From: a bacterium | GTDB taxonomy: Bacteria > Sysuimicrobiota > Sysuimicrobiia > Sysuimicrobiales > Humicultoraceae | Direction: 5' to 3' | Length of the DNA: 64,000 nt | Assembly: GCA_041497675.1 (NCBI GenBank) | Contig: JBGQGY010000001.1 | Location: forward strand, 62,724 to 126,723 | Part shown: positions 30,208 to 42,166 of the stretch, piece after piece | How the letters are laid out: the number at the start of each line of letters is the position of its first letter | Position numbering within the stretch: position 1 is the stretch's first letter | Translations under genes and position numbers: made by a program | Notes under the pieces: model-generated | The model's input: only the letters and a program-made list of their open reading frames with translations | What the model was told of the DNA's origin: nothing | The model's database searches: none

Positions 30208-31440
30208 GTGCGCTGGCTAAGGCGTCGGTGGGCGGGTCTCGCGCTCTTTCTGTCTGTGGCCGGTCCAGGGATCATCACCGCGTCGGTGGACAACGACGCG
30301 AACGGTATCGCCACGTACTCTATCGCCGGCGCCCACTATGGTTACGCGCTGCTGTGGACCCTGCCCCTGGCGACTATCGCCCTCATCGTCATCCAGGAAA
30401 TGAACGCCCGTATGGGCGCCGTGACCGGTCTGGGTCTGGCCGATCTCATCCGCGAACAGTTCGGCGTACGGACAACGGCCGCCATCATGGCGGTGCTGCT
30501 GCTCGCGAACTGGGCCAACACGATCGGCGACTTCGCCGGCGTCGCCGGGAGCCTGGAGATCTTTCACCTGCCGCGGCTGATCGGCGTGCCGATCGTGGCG
30601 GTCGCCGTCGGCGTGCTCGTGTTCCGCGGGGGCTACCGGCTCATTGAGCGGATCTTTCTCGTCGCGTCGGCGCTCTTCATCTTGTATGCGATCTCGGCGG
30701 TGCTCGCCAAACCCCAGTGGGGGACGGTGCTCCGGGCGGCCGTCGTGCCGTCCCTGCGGCTCGATTCCGGGTACATTGTGTTGTTGATCGCCCTGATCGG
30801 CACAACGATTGCGCCGTGGATGCAGTTCTATCAACAGGCGGCGGTTGTCGACAAAGGGCTGACCGCCGAGGATTTGCGCCTCGAGCGCTGGGATGTCATC
30901 CTGGGCGCCCTCGTCACGGCCCTAGTCGCCGGCTCGATTATCATTGCCACCGCGGCGACGCTCTTCCCCCATGGGATCCAGGTGCAGCGCGCCGAAGATG
31001 CCGCCCGCGCGCTCGCGCCGCTGGCCGGCACCTACGCGTCGCTCCTGTTCGCGCTGGGACTGCTGAATGCGGCCATCTTTTCGGTGGCGATCATTCCCCT
31101 GTCGAGCGCCTATGCGATCTGTGAGGCCTTCGGCTGGGAGGCCGGGCTCGACCGCACCGTCGCGGAGGCGCCGGTCTTCTACGGTCTCTTTCTCGCCGTA
31201 CTGGTGACGAGCGCGCTCGTCGTCCTCTGGCCGGGTCTGCCGCTGGTGCGGGTGATGGTGGCGTCTCAAGCCCTCAACGGCATCCTGCTGCCGGCCGTGT
31301 TGGTGATCATGTTGAGACTGGTGAACGACCGGCGGCTGATGGGGCGCAAGGTGAACAGTTCCGGGGCCAACGCCGTCGCGGTGGCCACGTCAGCAATCCT
31401 CATCCTCCTGACGCTGGTCTTGCTCGTGAAGAGCCTGTAG
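30208..31440 (+). CDS. Nramp-related divalent metal (probably Mg2+) transporter
   Basis: GPGII..VDNDANGIATYS, QEM.ARMG, GTTIAPWMQF. Confidence 0.9.
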   Translation: MRWLRRRWAGLALFLSVAGPGIITASVDNDANGIATYSIAGAHYGYALLWTLPLATIALIVIQEMNARMGAVTGLGLADLIREQFGVRTTAAIMAVLLLANWANTIGDFAGVAGSLEIFHLPRLIGVPIVAVAVGVLVFRGGYRLIERIFLVASALFILYAISAVLAKPQWGTVLRAAVVPSLRLDSGYIVLLIALIGTTIAPWMQFYQQAAVVDKGLTAEDLRLERWDVILGALVTALVAGSIIIATAATLFPHGIQVQRAEDAARALAPLAGTYASLLFALGLLNAAIFSVAIIPLSSAYAICEAFGWEAGLDRTVAEAPVFYGLFLAVLVTSALVVLWPGLPLVRVMVASQALNGILLPAVLVIMLRLVNDRRLMGRKVNSSGANAVAVATSAILILLTLVLLVKSL

Positions 31441-31446
31441 GGTCGG

Positions 31447-32214
31447 ATGGGACTGTACAAGATCGAAGGCATCGTCCTGCGGCGCCGGTCCTTCGGTGAG
31501 GCCGATCGTCTGGTGACGGTACTCACTAGGGACCGCGGCAAACTGACCGTAATTGCCAAGGGGGCGCGGCGGCCGCGCAGCCGGCTAGGTGGTCGCCTCG
31601 AGCCGCCGACACGGTTCAGGGCGCTGGTGGCCGAGGGCCGGACACTCGACGTGATCTCGCAGGTTGACGTGATCGATGCACATCCGCAGTTGCGCACCGG
31701 GTTGGAGCGCATGGGTCTGACCAACATCGCGCTCGAAATGGCGGATCGGGCTCTTGCCGACCGGCACCCGCATCCAGACGTCTACGGTCTGCTGACCGAG
31801 GTCCTGGCACTCCTGAACGCCGGGGTCGGCGAGTTGGCCCCGGTGTGGTTCGCGGCCAGGCTGCTCGTCCTGACGGGCCACCGGCCGTCCGTGGATCAAT
31901 GTATGGTCTGCGGCCGCCGGATCCGTGGCCCGGCGGGCTGGAGCGCCGTCCTCGGCGGGTGCGTGGATTCGGGGTGCCGCGGGCGGGACCCCCACGCGAT
32001 GCCGCTCTCGAGCGGGGCGGTCGCGCTCCTCCGGTTCCTGCTCGATGCCCGGCCCCCGGCGGTCCGGCGCGTCCATCCGGGGCCGCCGTGCAAGACCGAG
32101 CTGGGGCGGGCGCTTCAGGTCTACGCTGAGGTCACCTGGGATACCCGGCTCCGGGCGCCGGCGGTCGTGAGCCGCCTGCTCCGGACTGAAGAAGCCCGCG
32201 CTGTGGTATATTGA
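31447..32214 (+). CDS. recO: DNA repair protein RecO
   Basis: EGIVLR...GEADR, AKGARR..SR, CxxC Zn finger. Confidence 0.93.
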   Translation: MGLYKIEGIVLRRRSFGEADRLVTVLTRDRGKLTVIAKGARRPRSRLGGRLEPPTRFRALVAEGRTLDVISQVDVIDAHPQLRTGLERMGLTNIALEMADRALADRHPHPDVYGLLTEVLALLNAGVGELAPVWFAARLLVLTGHRPSVDQCMVCGRRIRGPAGWSAVLGGCVDSGCRGRDPHAMPLSSGAVALLRFLLDARPPAVRRVHPGPPCKTELGRALQVYAEVTWDTRLRAPAVVSRLLRTEEARAVVY

Positions 32215-32233
32215 GAAACAGGAGGTGTCGGGT

Positions 32234-32494
32234 ATGGAGATCGACCTCGATCGCGCGCGTCGGGCGCTCATTGACTTGGGAGCCGCGTTGTCCGAAGCGC
32301 GCGGGGTGGTGCAAATGGGACCGGGCTCGGTGGTTCGGGTGAAGACCGAGTCGGACGTGATCGAACTGCCGGTCTCGTGGGCCGTGGCCGGGTTGGTGGC
32401 GTTTGCCGCGGCCGCGCTGATTTCAGCGATGCCGACACCGACGATCCGTCGCCGCGTGCGCGAGCGTGAAGAGGAGCCGCTGGGGATCGGATGA
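32234..32494 (+). CDS. Small hypothetical membrane protein
   Basis: SD AGGAGG before ATG 32234; extended -10 TGGTATATT (32204-32212); one hydrophobic helix. Confidence 0.65.
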   Translation: MEIDLDRARRALIDLGAALSEARGVVQMGPGSVVRVKTESDVIELPVSWAVAGLVAFAAAALISAMPTPTIRRRVREREEEPLGIG

Positions 32495-32537
32495 CGTCTG
32501 CGCGGCGAGCGCTTCGGGTGCGTGTGTACGATACAGG

Positions 32538-32565
32538 ACCGCGTCCCACGAGGGGACGCGGTTTC
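32538..32565 (+). terminator. Probable intrinsic terminator
   Basis: ACCGCGTCCC-ACGAG-GGGACGCGGT followed by TTC. Confidence 0.65.
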
Positions 32566-32612
32566 GTCATCTCCCAGGGCATGCGGGCAGTGGATGACGG
32601 CGGAGTGATCGG

Positions 32613-33617
32613 GTGAGGATACTCGTCATTGGCGGTACGCAGTTTTTCGGGCGGGAGATCGTCCGCCTGTTTCTGGAGCGCGGCGATGAGGTGACTGTCT
32701 ACAGCCGCGGCCGGCGAAAGCCCGAGTGGCCCAGACCGGTTGGGCACGTGCAGGGCGATCGCACCGATCACGCCGGGTTCGTGGCCACGTTCCGGGATCG
32801 GACGTTCGATGCGGTCATCGACAACATCGCGTATGTTGCCGCCGATGTCGACGCCGCGGTGGAGGCGTTTGCCGGTCGTGTGCAGAGGTACGTGTTCACG
32901 TCGACGGGATCGGTGTATGCGAGCGCGCAGCTCGACGCCGCGAGACTGCTCGCCCCGTTGTATGAAGATGACGCGGACCTGGCCCTTCGGGCTGCTGAGC
33001 CCTACGGTGACGGGAAACGGGCGTGCGAGCAGGTTTTGCACGCCCGCGCCGGCCGGGATCGGGGTCTTCCCTTCACGATCTTGAGGCCCCCCGTGGTGCA
33101 GGGCCCCAACGATCCGACCACCCGCGTGTGGTTCTACGTGCAGCGCATCGCCGATGGCGGCCCGATCCTGGCGCCGAGCGGATTCCCGACACCGGCGACC
33201 CGGCACGTCTACAGCGTCGACCTGTCCCGCGCGTACGTCGACGCGGTGCTCGGCCCCACGGCGATCGATCGGACGTACAATGTGGCTATGGAGGAAGTCG
33301 TCACGCTTCCCGACTACGTGCGGCTCCTCGCGCAGGCGATGAAGAGAGAGGTCGACGTGGTCGAGATCCCGCGCGACGTCCTGGCGGGGGAGGGGACATT
33401 GTCTGAATATCGGCCCCCGTTTTCGCGCCGGTTTATTCCGGACATTGGGCGCCTACAACAGGATATGGGCTGGCGGTCGACACCGGTGCTCGACTGGCTT
33501 AACGTGACGGCGACGTGGCTGCTGGAGCACCCACAACCCGATTCAGAGGGCTACGCCGCCCGAAACGCCGAGCGCCGGGCCGCTGCGAGGTTGACCCTGT
33601 CGCGCCCGCGTTGCTAA
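32613..33617 (+). CDS. NAD-dependent epimerase/dehydratase (atypical SDR)
   Basis: ILVIGGTQFFG, FTSTGSVY, YGDGK, LRPP.V.GP.D. Confidence 0.88.
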   Translation: MRILVIGGTQFFGREIVRLFLERGDEVTVYSRGRRKPEWPRPVGHVQGDRTDHAGFVATFRDRTFDAVIDNIAYVAADVDAAVEAFAGRVQRYVFTSTGSVYASAQLDAARLLAPLYEDDADLALRAAEPYGDGKRACEQVLHARAGRDRGLPFTILRPPVVQGPNDPTTRVWFYVQRIADGGPILAPSGFPTPATRHVYSVDLSRAYVDAVLGPTAIDRTYNVAMEEVVTLPDYVRLLAQAMKREVDVVEIPRDVLAGEGTLSEYRPPFSRRFIPDIGRLQQDMGWRSTPVLDWLNVTATWLLEHPQPDSEGYAARNAERRAAARLTLSRPRC

Positions 33618-33620
33618 AAT
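33591..33620 (+). promoter_or_regulatory. Promoter upstream of the glyQS leader
   Basis: TTGACC (33591-33596), 18 bp spacer, TAAAAT (33615-33620) with TG extension. Confidence 0.6.
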
Positions 33621-33638
33621 GGGCGCCAGTTGACGCAC

Positions 33639-33675
33639 GCGGAGCACCCGTCGCTGAGACGGGGCTCCGTTTTTC
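33639..33675 (+). terminator. Terminator-like hairpin before glyQ
   Basis: CGGAGC-A-CCCGTC-GCTGA-GACGGG-GCTCCG followed by TTTTT. Confidence 0.75.
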
Positions 33676-33722
33676 TGTGTGCACACCCGGCGGGCCGTTC
33701 CGACCGGGCCCCATGAGGATCG

Positions 33723-34610
33723 ATGCCAAAGGCAACCCGACCGCTGGCGTTTCAAGACATGCTGTTGGCCCTCGACCGGTTCTGGGGCGCGCAGCATTGC
33801 GTGCTCGAGGAGGCGTACGACGTCGAGGTGGGCGCCGGCACCCTACACCCGGCGACCTTTTTCCGGACGCTGGGACCCGACCCGTGGCGCGTCGCCTACG
33901 TGCAGCCCAGCCGCCGGCCGGTGGATGGACGCTACGGCGAGAATCCCAACCGTCTGTACAAGCACTATCAGTATCAGGTGATCCTCAAGCCTGCTCCCAG
34001 CGACGTCCAAGCGCTGTATCTGACCAGCCTGGAACGCCTGGGGTTCACGCTGACCCACCACGACGTGCGGTTCCTGGAGGACGATTGGGAGGCGCCGACG
34101 CTCGGCGCGTGGGGCGTCGGCTGGCAGATCTTCTTGGACGGACAGGAGATCACCCAGTTCACGTACTTCCAGCAAATGGGCGGCGTGGATCTCGACGTGG
34201 TCTCTGCGGAGATCACGTACGGGTTGGAGCGACTGGCGATGTACCTGCAGCAAAAGGCATCCGTGTTCGACATCGAGTGGGCGCCGGGCGTGACCTATGG
34301 CGCGCTGCGCAAAACCGACGAGCGCGAACACTCGGCGTACGGATTCGAGCACGGCGATCCGGCGGCGCTGCGGACCCTATTCGAAACGTACGAGGCGGAG
34401 GCCAGGCGGCTGTTGGCCATTCCGGTGGTCATGCCCGCGTACGACGCCGTCTTGAAGTGCTCACACCTGTTCAATCTGCTTGACGCGCGGGGCGCGGTCA
34501 GCGTGGCGCAACGGGTCGAGTTGATGGGTCGCACCCGCGCGCTGGCCCGGGCCGCCGCCGCCGCGTACCTGCGGCAACTGTCCGACGCGCCCTCTGGGAC
34601 GGCCGGATGA
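33723..34610 (+). CDS. glyQ: Glycine--tRNA ligase alpha subunit
   Basis: [42 protein letters not shown]. Confidence 0.98.
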   Translation: MPKATRPLAFQDMLLALDRFWGAQHCVLEEAYDVEVGAGTLHPATFFRTLGPDPWRVAYVQPSRRPVDGRYGENPNRLYKHYQYQVILKPAPSDVQALYLTSLERLGFTLTHHDVRFLEDDWEAPTLGAWGVGWQIFLDGQEITQFTYFQQMGGVDLDVVSAEITYGLERLAMYLQQKASVFDIEWAPGVTYGALRKTDEREHSAYGFEHGDPAALRTLFETYEAEARRLLAIPVVMPAYDAVLKCSHLFNLLDARGAVSVAQRVELMGRTRALARAAAAAYLRQLSDAPSGTAG

Positions 34611-36709
34611 GCGACCTGCTGCTGGAGATCGGCGCCGAGGAACTCCCGCCGACGGCGATCGCGCCCGCGCTCGAACAACTTCACGCCGGCGTCCGAGCCG
34701 GGTTGGAGGCGGCGCGTCTGGAGGTGGGGACGGTCAGCGTCACCGGCACGGTGCGCCGGCTGGTGCTCGAGGCCGGCGGGATCTCCGGCCGCCAGCGTGA
34801 TCTGGTCACCGAAGTGCGCGGGCCCGCGGCGCGGGTCGCCTATGACGCCGAGGGGAGACCGACCAGGGCGGCGGAAGGGTTCGCCCGCTCGCAGGGCGGT
34901 ACCGTCGCGGATCTGCGCGTGGTCGATCGCGACGGCGGCCGCTACGTGGTCGTCGAGAAACGTGAAGCCGGACGGCCCGCCGCCGACGTGCTTCGCGAGC
35001 TGTTGCCGGCTGTCGTCGCCGGGCTGGCGTTCCCACGGACCATGCGCTGGGAAGCCAGCGGGTTTCGATTCGCCCGTCCGATCCGGTGGATCGTCGCGCT
35101 GCTCGACAGTCGCGTCATCCCGCTGGTGATCGCCGGAGTAAAGGCGGGCCGGCGGAGCCACGGTCAGCGATTCCTCTCGCCGCGTCCGGTCGTCGTGTCG
35201 TCACCCGGGTTGTACCGCAGGGTCATCGCCAAGGCCCATGTGATGCTCGAGCCCGCCGATCGCCGCGCCCGCATCACGGAATCGGCTGCGCGGCTGGCCG
35301 CCGAGATCGGGGGGACGCCGCTCCTCGATTCCGATCTCCTCCATGAACTTGTCTGGTCGATTGAACACCCGACGCCTGTGCGCGGGAACATTGACGCCGG
35401 GTTCATGACCGACCTCCCGCGTCCGGTGCTCGTCACGACCCTCCAACATCACCAAAAGTACTTTGCCGTCGAAGACGCGCAGGGCCGGTTATTGCCGGCG
35501 TTCATCGCCGTGCGCGATGGCGGCGCCGCGCACATGGACACGGTCCGGACGGGTCACGAGTGGGTCGTCCGGGCGCGGTTGGCCGACGCGCGTTTCTTTC
35601 TCGACGAAGACCGCCGCGGCACCTTCGATCGGTGGAACACGCGCCTCGAACGTCTGGCGCACGCCGCGGGGCTGGGCTCGATGGCCGATCACGTGGGCCG
35701 TCTGCGACGAACCGCCAGGTGGCTGGCCGAGGCGGCCCGTCTGAGCCCGGCCGATACCGCGCCCCTCGAACGTGCGGCCGCGCTCTGCAAGGCCGACCTC
35801 GTGACCGCCATGGTCGGTGAGTTCCCCGAACTGCAGGGCACCATGGGCGGGATCTACGCCCGGTGGGCGGGCGAGCCGGAGCCTGTCGCGGCCGCGATCG
35901 AGCAGCAGTATCTGCCCCGAGGCGCGGGTGATCCGGCGCCGTCGAGCCTGATTGGCGGCCTCCTGGGTGTCGCGGATCGGGCCACGCTGCTCGCGGGCTG
36001 CGTGCAGGCCGGTCTGGCACCGAGCGGGTCGCAGGATCCATACGGGCTGCGGAGAGCGGCCTCGGGCATCGTCGTGATCCTGCTGGCGCACAGTCTGCCG
36101 ATCTCCATCAGCGCGCTGTTTGAAAGCGCAACATCGACGTTCGGCAACACGCGAGAGGCCGGGCGGCCGACGGTGGAGGCCTGCACCGACCTGATCCGCC
36201 AGCGGCTGCGCACGCTGCTGATCGACCAGGGGATCGCCTATGATACCGTCGACGCGGTGTTCGCGGTGTCGAGCGACGACGTGCCTGACGCCGCCGCTCG
36301 TGCCCGCGCCCTGCACGCGGTCCGCGGCCAACCCGCGATGGCGAGGCTTGCGACCGGGTTCGCGCGAGCGTCGAGGATTCTCAGCCAGGGCTCGCCGGCG
36401 GCGGAGATCAGCGAGGACGTGCTGAAGGAACCCATCGAGTTGGCACTCTACGAGGCGTGGCGGCAGGTGCGCGCAACCGTCTCCGAGGCGGCGGACGCCC
36501 GCCGGTATGCCGACGCCCTGCGGGTGCTCGAACGGCTTGCCGATCCCATCGATGCGTTCTTCGAGCAGGTCCTGGTGATGGCCCCCGACGCCGCCGTGCG
36601 GGCCAATCGCCTGGCGCTGCTGCAGGCCATTACGCACACCTTCCTCAAGGTGGCCAATCTTGGTCTCCTGACAGGAGAGAGGCCCGTCCGGACCGACACC
36701 GAATCCTAG
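34607..36709 (+). CDS. glyS: Glycine--tRNA ligase beta subunit
   Basis: [48 protein letters not shown]. Confidence 0.96.
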   Translation: MSDLLLEIGAEELPPTAIAPALEQLHAGVRAGLEAARLEVGTVSVTGTVRRLVLEAGGISGRQRDLVTEVRGPAARVAYDAEGRPTRAAEGFARSQGGTVADLRVVDRDGGRYVVVEKREAGRPAADVLRELLPAVVAGLAFPRTMRWEASGFRFARPIRWIVALLDSRVIPLVIAGVKAGRRSHGQRFLSPRPVVVSSPGLYRRVIAKAHVMLEPADRRARITESAARLAAEIGGTPLLDSDLLHELVWSIEHPTPVRGNIDAGFMTDLPRPVLVTTLQHHQKYFAVEDAQGRLLPAFIAVRDGGAAHMDTVRTGHEWVVRARLADARFFLDEDRRGTFDRWNTRLERLAHAAGLGSMADHVGRLRRTARWLAEAARLSPADTAPLERAAALCKADLVTAMVGEFPELQGTMGGIYARWAGEPEPVAAAIEQQYLPRGAGDPAPSSLIGGLLGVADRATLLAGCVQAGLAPSGSQDPYGLRRAASGIVVILLAHSLPISISALFESATSTFGNTREAGRPTVEACTDLIRQRLRTLLIDQGIAYDTVDAVFAVSSDDVPDAAARARALHAVRGQPAMARLATGFARASRILSQGSPAAEISEDVLKEPIELALYEAWRQVRATVSEAADARRYADALRVLERLADPIDAFFEQVLVMAPDAAVRANRLALLQAITHTFLKVANLGLLTGERPVRTDTES

Positions 36710-36722
36710 CGGGGAGCGTGGG

Positions 36723-39626
<2,904 letters not shown>

Positions 39627-39630
39627 TTGC

Positions 39631-40683
39631 GTGCGGTCCCGCGCGACGACCGAGGAGTGGGAGGGGGCGCGCCTGGACGCCGGCGCGGCCCGCTCGGCCC
39701 AAAGCCGGGGCCGCGCCGAACCTGAACCCGAAGACGATCTCCGGACGGCCTTCCAGCGTGACCGAGACCGCATCGTCTACGCGAAGGCGTTCCGCCGGCT
39801 CACCCACAAGACCCAGGTCTTCGTCGCGCCCGAGGGCGACCACTATCGCACGCGGCTGACGCACACCATTGAAGTGTCGCAGGTCGCACGCACGATCGCG
39901 CGGGCGCTGCGTCTGAACGAGGATCTGACCGAGGCGATCGCGCTGGCCCACGATCTCGGTCATCCTCCGTTTGGCCACGCCGGCGAAGCGGTGTTGGATG
40001 AGGCCATGGCCCCCTGGGGCGGATTTCGACACGACGTCCAAAGCCTGCGGGTTGTGGAGCGTCTGGAGCAGCGCCGGCGGGCCGACGGGACGATGGCCGC
40101 CGGGCTGAACCTGACCTGGGAGGTCCGCGATGGCATCGCCGGCCACTCCAAGGGACTGAGCGACATCGAGGAGGACGTCACCGGGCCGTCCACGCTGGAG
40201 GGACGGGTCGTACGGCTGGCCGACCGGGTCGCGTACCTCCACCACGACATGGATGACGCGGTGCGCGCCGGGTGGATCGAGGAGACCGATGTGCCGCGCG
40301 ACTTGACGGCCGTGTTGGGCGCCTCGCGCGGCCAGTGGCTCGACGTCATCGTGCGCGACGTGGTCGAGACGAGCCGCAACGGCGAGATCGGTCTGTCACC
40401 CGCGGTGCGCGACGCGCTCAACGCCCTCAAGGACTTCCAGGTGGAGCACGTGTATCTGCACCCGCTGTGCGCGCAGGAGACGGGGCGGGCACAGCGGATG
40501 CTCCGGCTGCTGGTCGACCACTTCCTCTCGCATCCGGACGCGGTCCCCCCTGATGTCAGGAGGGCGTCGACCGGGGATCCACCGGCGCGGGGCGTCTGCG
40601 ACTTCGTGGCGGGGATGACGGATCGCTACGCCATCCGGGCGTTTGCGGACGTGTTCGTGGTGCAGGGGAAGGACGGCCGATAG
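39631..40683 (+). CDS. Deoxyguanosinetriphosphate triphosphohydrolase-like HD protein
   Basis: FQRDRDRI, KTQVF, RTRLTH, HDLGHPPFGHAGE, DFVAGMTDRYA. Confidence 0.93.
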   Translation: MRSRATTEEWEGARLDAGAARSAQSRGRAEPEPEDDLRTAFQRDRDRIVYAKAFRRLTHKTQVFVAPEGDHYRTRLTHTIEVSQVARTIARALRLNEDLTEAIALAHDLGHPPFGHAGEAVLDEAMAPWGGFRHDVQSLRVVERLEQRRRADGTMAAGLNLTWEVRDGIAGHSKGLSDIEEDVTGPSTLEGRVVRLADRVAYLHHDMDDAVRAGWIEETDVPRDLTAVLGASRGQWLDVIVRDVVETSRNGEIGLSPAVRDALNALKDFQVEHVYLHPLCAQETGRAQRMLRLLVDHFLSHPDAVPPDVRRASTGDPPARGVCDFVAGMTDRYAIRAFADVFVVQGKDGR

Positions 40684-40757
40684 CAGAAACCTCTTCACGA
40701 AATAACCGCCGTGGCGCCGCGCGGCAACCGGGGGCGCCGCGCAGGGGTCGGGTCGTC

Positions 40758-41372
40758 GTGGTCGAGCGTCAACGCAAGGACATCCCCGTTCGCGTGCAAG
40801 GTAAGCATATGACCGTGACCGACGCGCTCCGCCAGCACGTGGAACAGAAACTCTCAAAACTCCCTCGCCACTTTGACCAGATTCAAGACGCGCAGGTGGT
40901 GCTCAGCGTCTCGCGGAACAGCGACGTCGGCCGCGCGCAGATCGCCGAAGTGACGGTGTGGTGCGATGGTCTCGTCCTACGCGCCGAGGAACTGTCGCCG
41001 GATATGTACACCTCGATCGATCGCGCCGTCGAGAAACTGGACCGTCAGATCGCGAAGTACCGCGACCGGATCATCGAGAAGCGCCGGTTGGACGTGACCC
41101 GGGCCCGCCGGCGGACGCGGCGGTCGGCCGAGGCGGCGCTGCGGGCGGGGCCTCCTCCCAAGATGGAACCCGCCGCGGGTGAGATACTCGTGCCGGGTAT
41201 CGTGCGCACGAAGCGGTTTGATTTGAAGCCCATGACAGTGGATGAAGCGACGCTACAGATGGAGCTGCTGGGACACGCGTTCTTCGTCTTCCGCAACTCG
41301 GCGACGCACGACGTCAGCGTGGTGTATCGGCGCCGCGACGGCGGCTATGGACTGATCGAACCGGAAGGCTAG
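40758..41372 (+). CDS. hpf: Long ribosome hibernation promoting factor
   Basis: VTDALR, DMYTSID, RTKRFDLKPMTVDEA.LQMELLGH.FFVF, YGLIEP; upstream of secA. Confidence 0.95.
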   Translation: MVERQRKDIPVRVQGKHMTVTDALRQHVEQKLSKLPRHFDQIQDAQVVLSVSRNSDVGRAQIAEVTVWCDGLVLRAEELSPDMYTSIDRAVEKLDRQIAKYRDRIIEKRRLDVTRARRRTRRSAEAALRAGPPPKMEPAAGEILVPGIVRTKRFDLKPMTVDEATLQMELLGHAFFVFRNSATHDVSVVYRRRDGGYGLIEPEG

Positions 41373-41398
41373 GCACGACACACAGGCCGGGGTGAGCC

Positions 41399-42052
41399 GT
41401 GGCTCGTGATGGCAATGGCTCCAATGCTGAGCGGGCGGAGGAGATCGTCCGACGGCTGAGAGGCGTCGTGTCCGCGCGGGTGATTCCCGATGACCACGGT
41501 GACATCGGCGTGATCCATGTCTTGGGGCAGGCCGATCGGAGCCCCAAGCTGATCGCGGTCGATGTGGTCTCCGCAGTCGCCGCCGAGTTGGGCGTCACCC
41601 TCGACCCGCGACAGGTCCGGGTCGCGGCGATGCGGCCCGAGGACCAGACGCAGCCGGTCCCCCAGGCGCGGCTCAAGTTCGTCGGTCTCTCGCAGAGCGT
41701 GGTGCGCAACAGCGCCGAGGTCAAGGTGCACCTCGAGGACCGCGGGATGCTCTACGAGGGTACGGCGGCAGGGCCAAACGTCCCACGTCACCGGCTCGCC
41801 CTGGTCGCGCAGGCCTCGCTCCGCGCGGTCGAGGTGTTCATGCGGGCCGAAGGTCTGCTCATGTTTGAGGGGGTGGCCACGTCCCGCGTAGGCGAACACG
41901 AAGTGGCGGTCGTGACGGTCACCCTCACCGGTAGCGAGCAAGAGACGCTCTCTGGCTCGTCAATCGTACGTGAGGACGCGCGTGAGGCCGTTGTGCGGGC
42001 CGTGCTGGCCGCGGTGAACCGGCCGATCGCCTGGCTGACCGCGAACCGATAA
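41399..42052 (+). CDS. Conserved hypothetical protein; C-terminus resembles the LeuA regulatory domain
   Basis: Clean coding pattern; SGSSIVREDAREAVVRAVLAAVNR. Confidence 0.7.
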   Translation: MARDGNGSNAERAEEIVRRLRGVVSARVIPDDHGDIGVIHVLGQADRSPKLIAVDVVSAVAAELGVTLDPRQVRVAAMRPEDQTQPVPQARLKFVGLSQSVVRNSAEVKVHLEDRGMLYEGTAAGPNVPRHRLALVAQASLRAVEVFMRAEGLLMFEGVATSRVGEHEVAVVTVTLTGSEQETLSGSSIVREDAREAVVRAVLAAVNRPIAWLTANR

Positions 42053-42166
42053 GACTGTTGTCGGCCACCCAGGTGCCGATTCGTTCGCTGGTCTTCCCCG
42101 TATAATAGACGTATTGGCTGGGAATGCTGGCGCACAGGTCCGGCGTTCCCGTCCATGAGGTGACCA

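Noticed and set aside
33653..33659. TPP riboswitch suggested by GCTGAGA
   Set aside because: No downstream TPP core motifs and no thiamine-related gene
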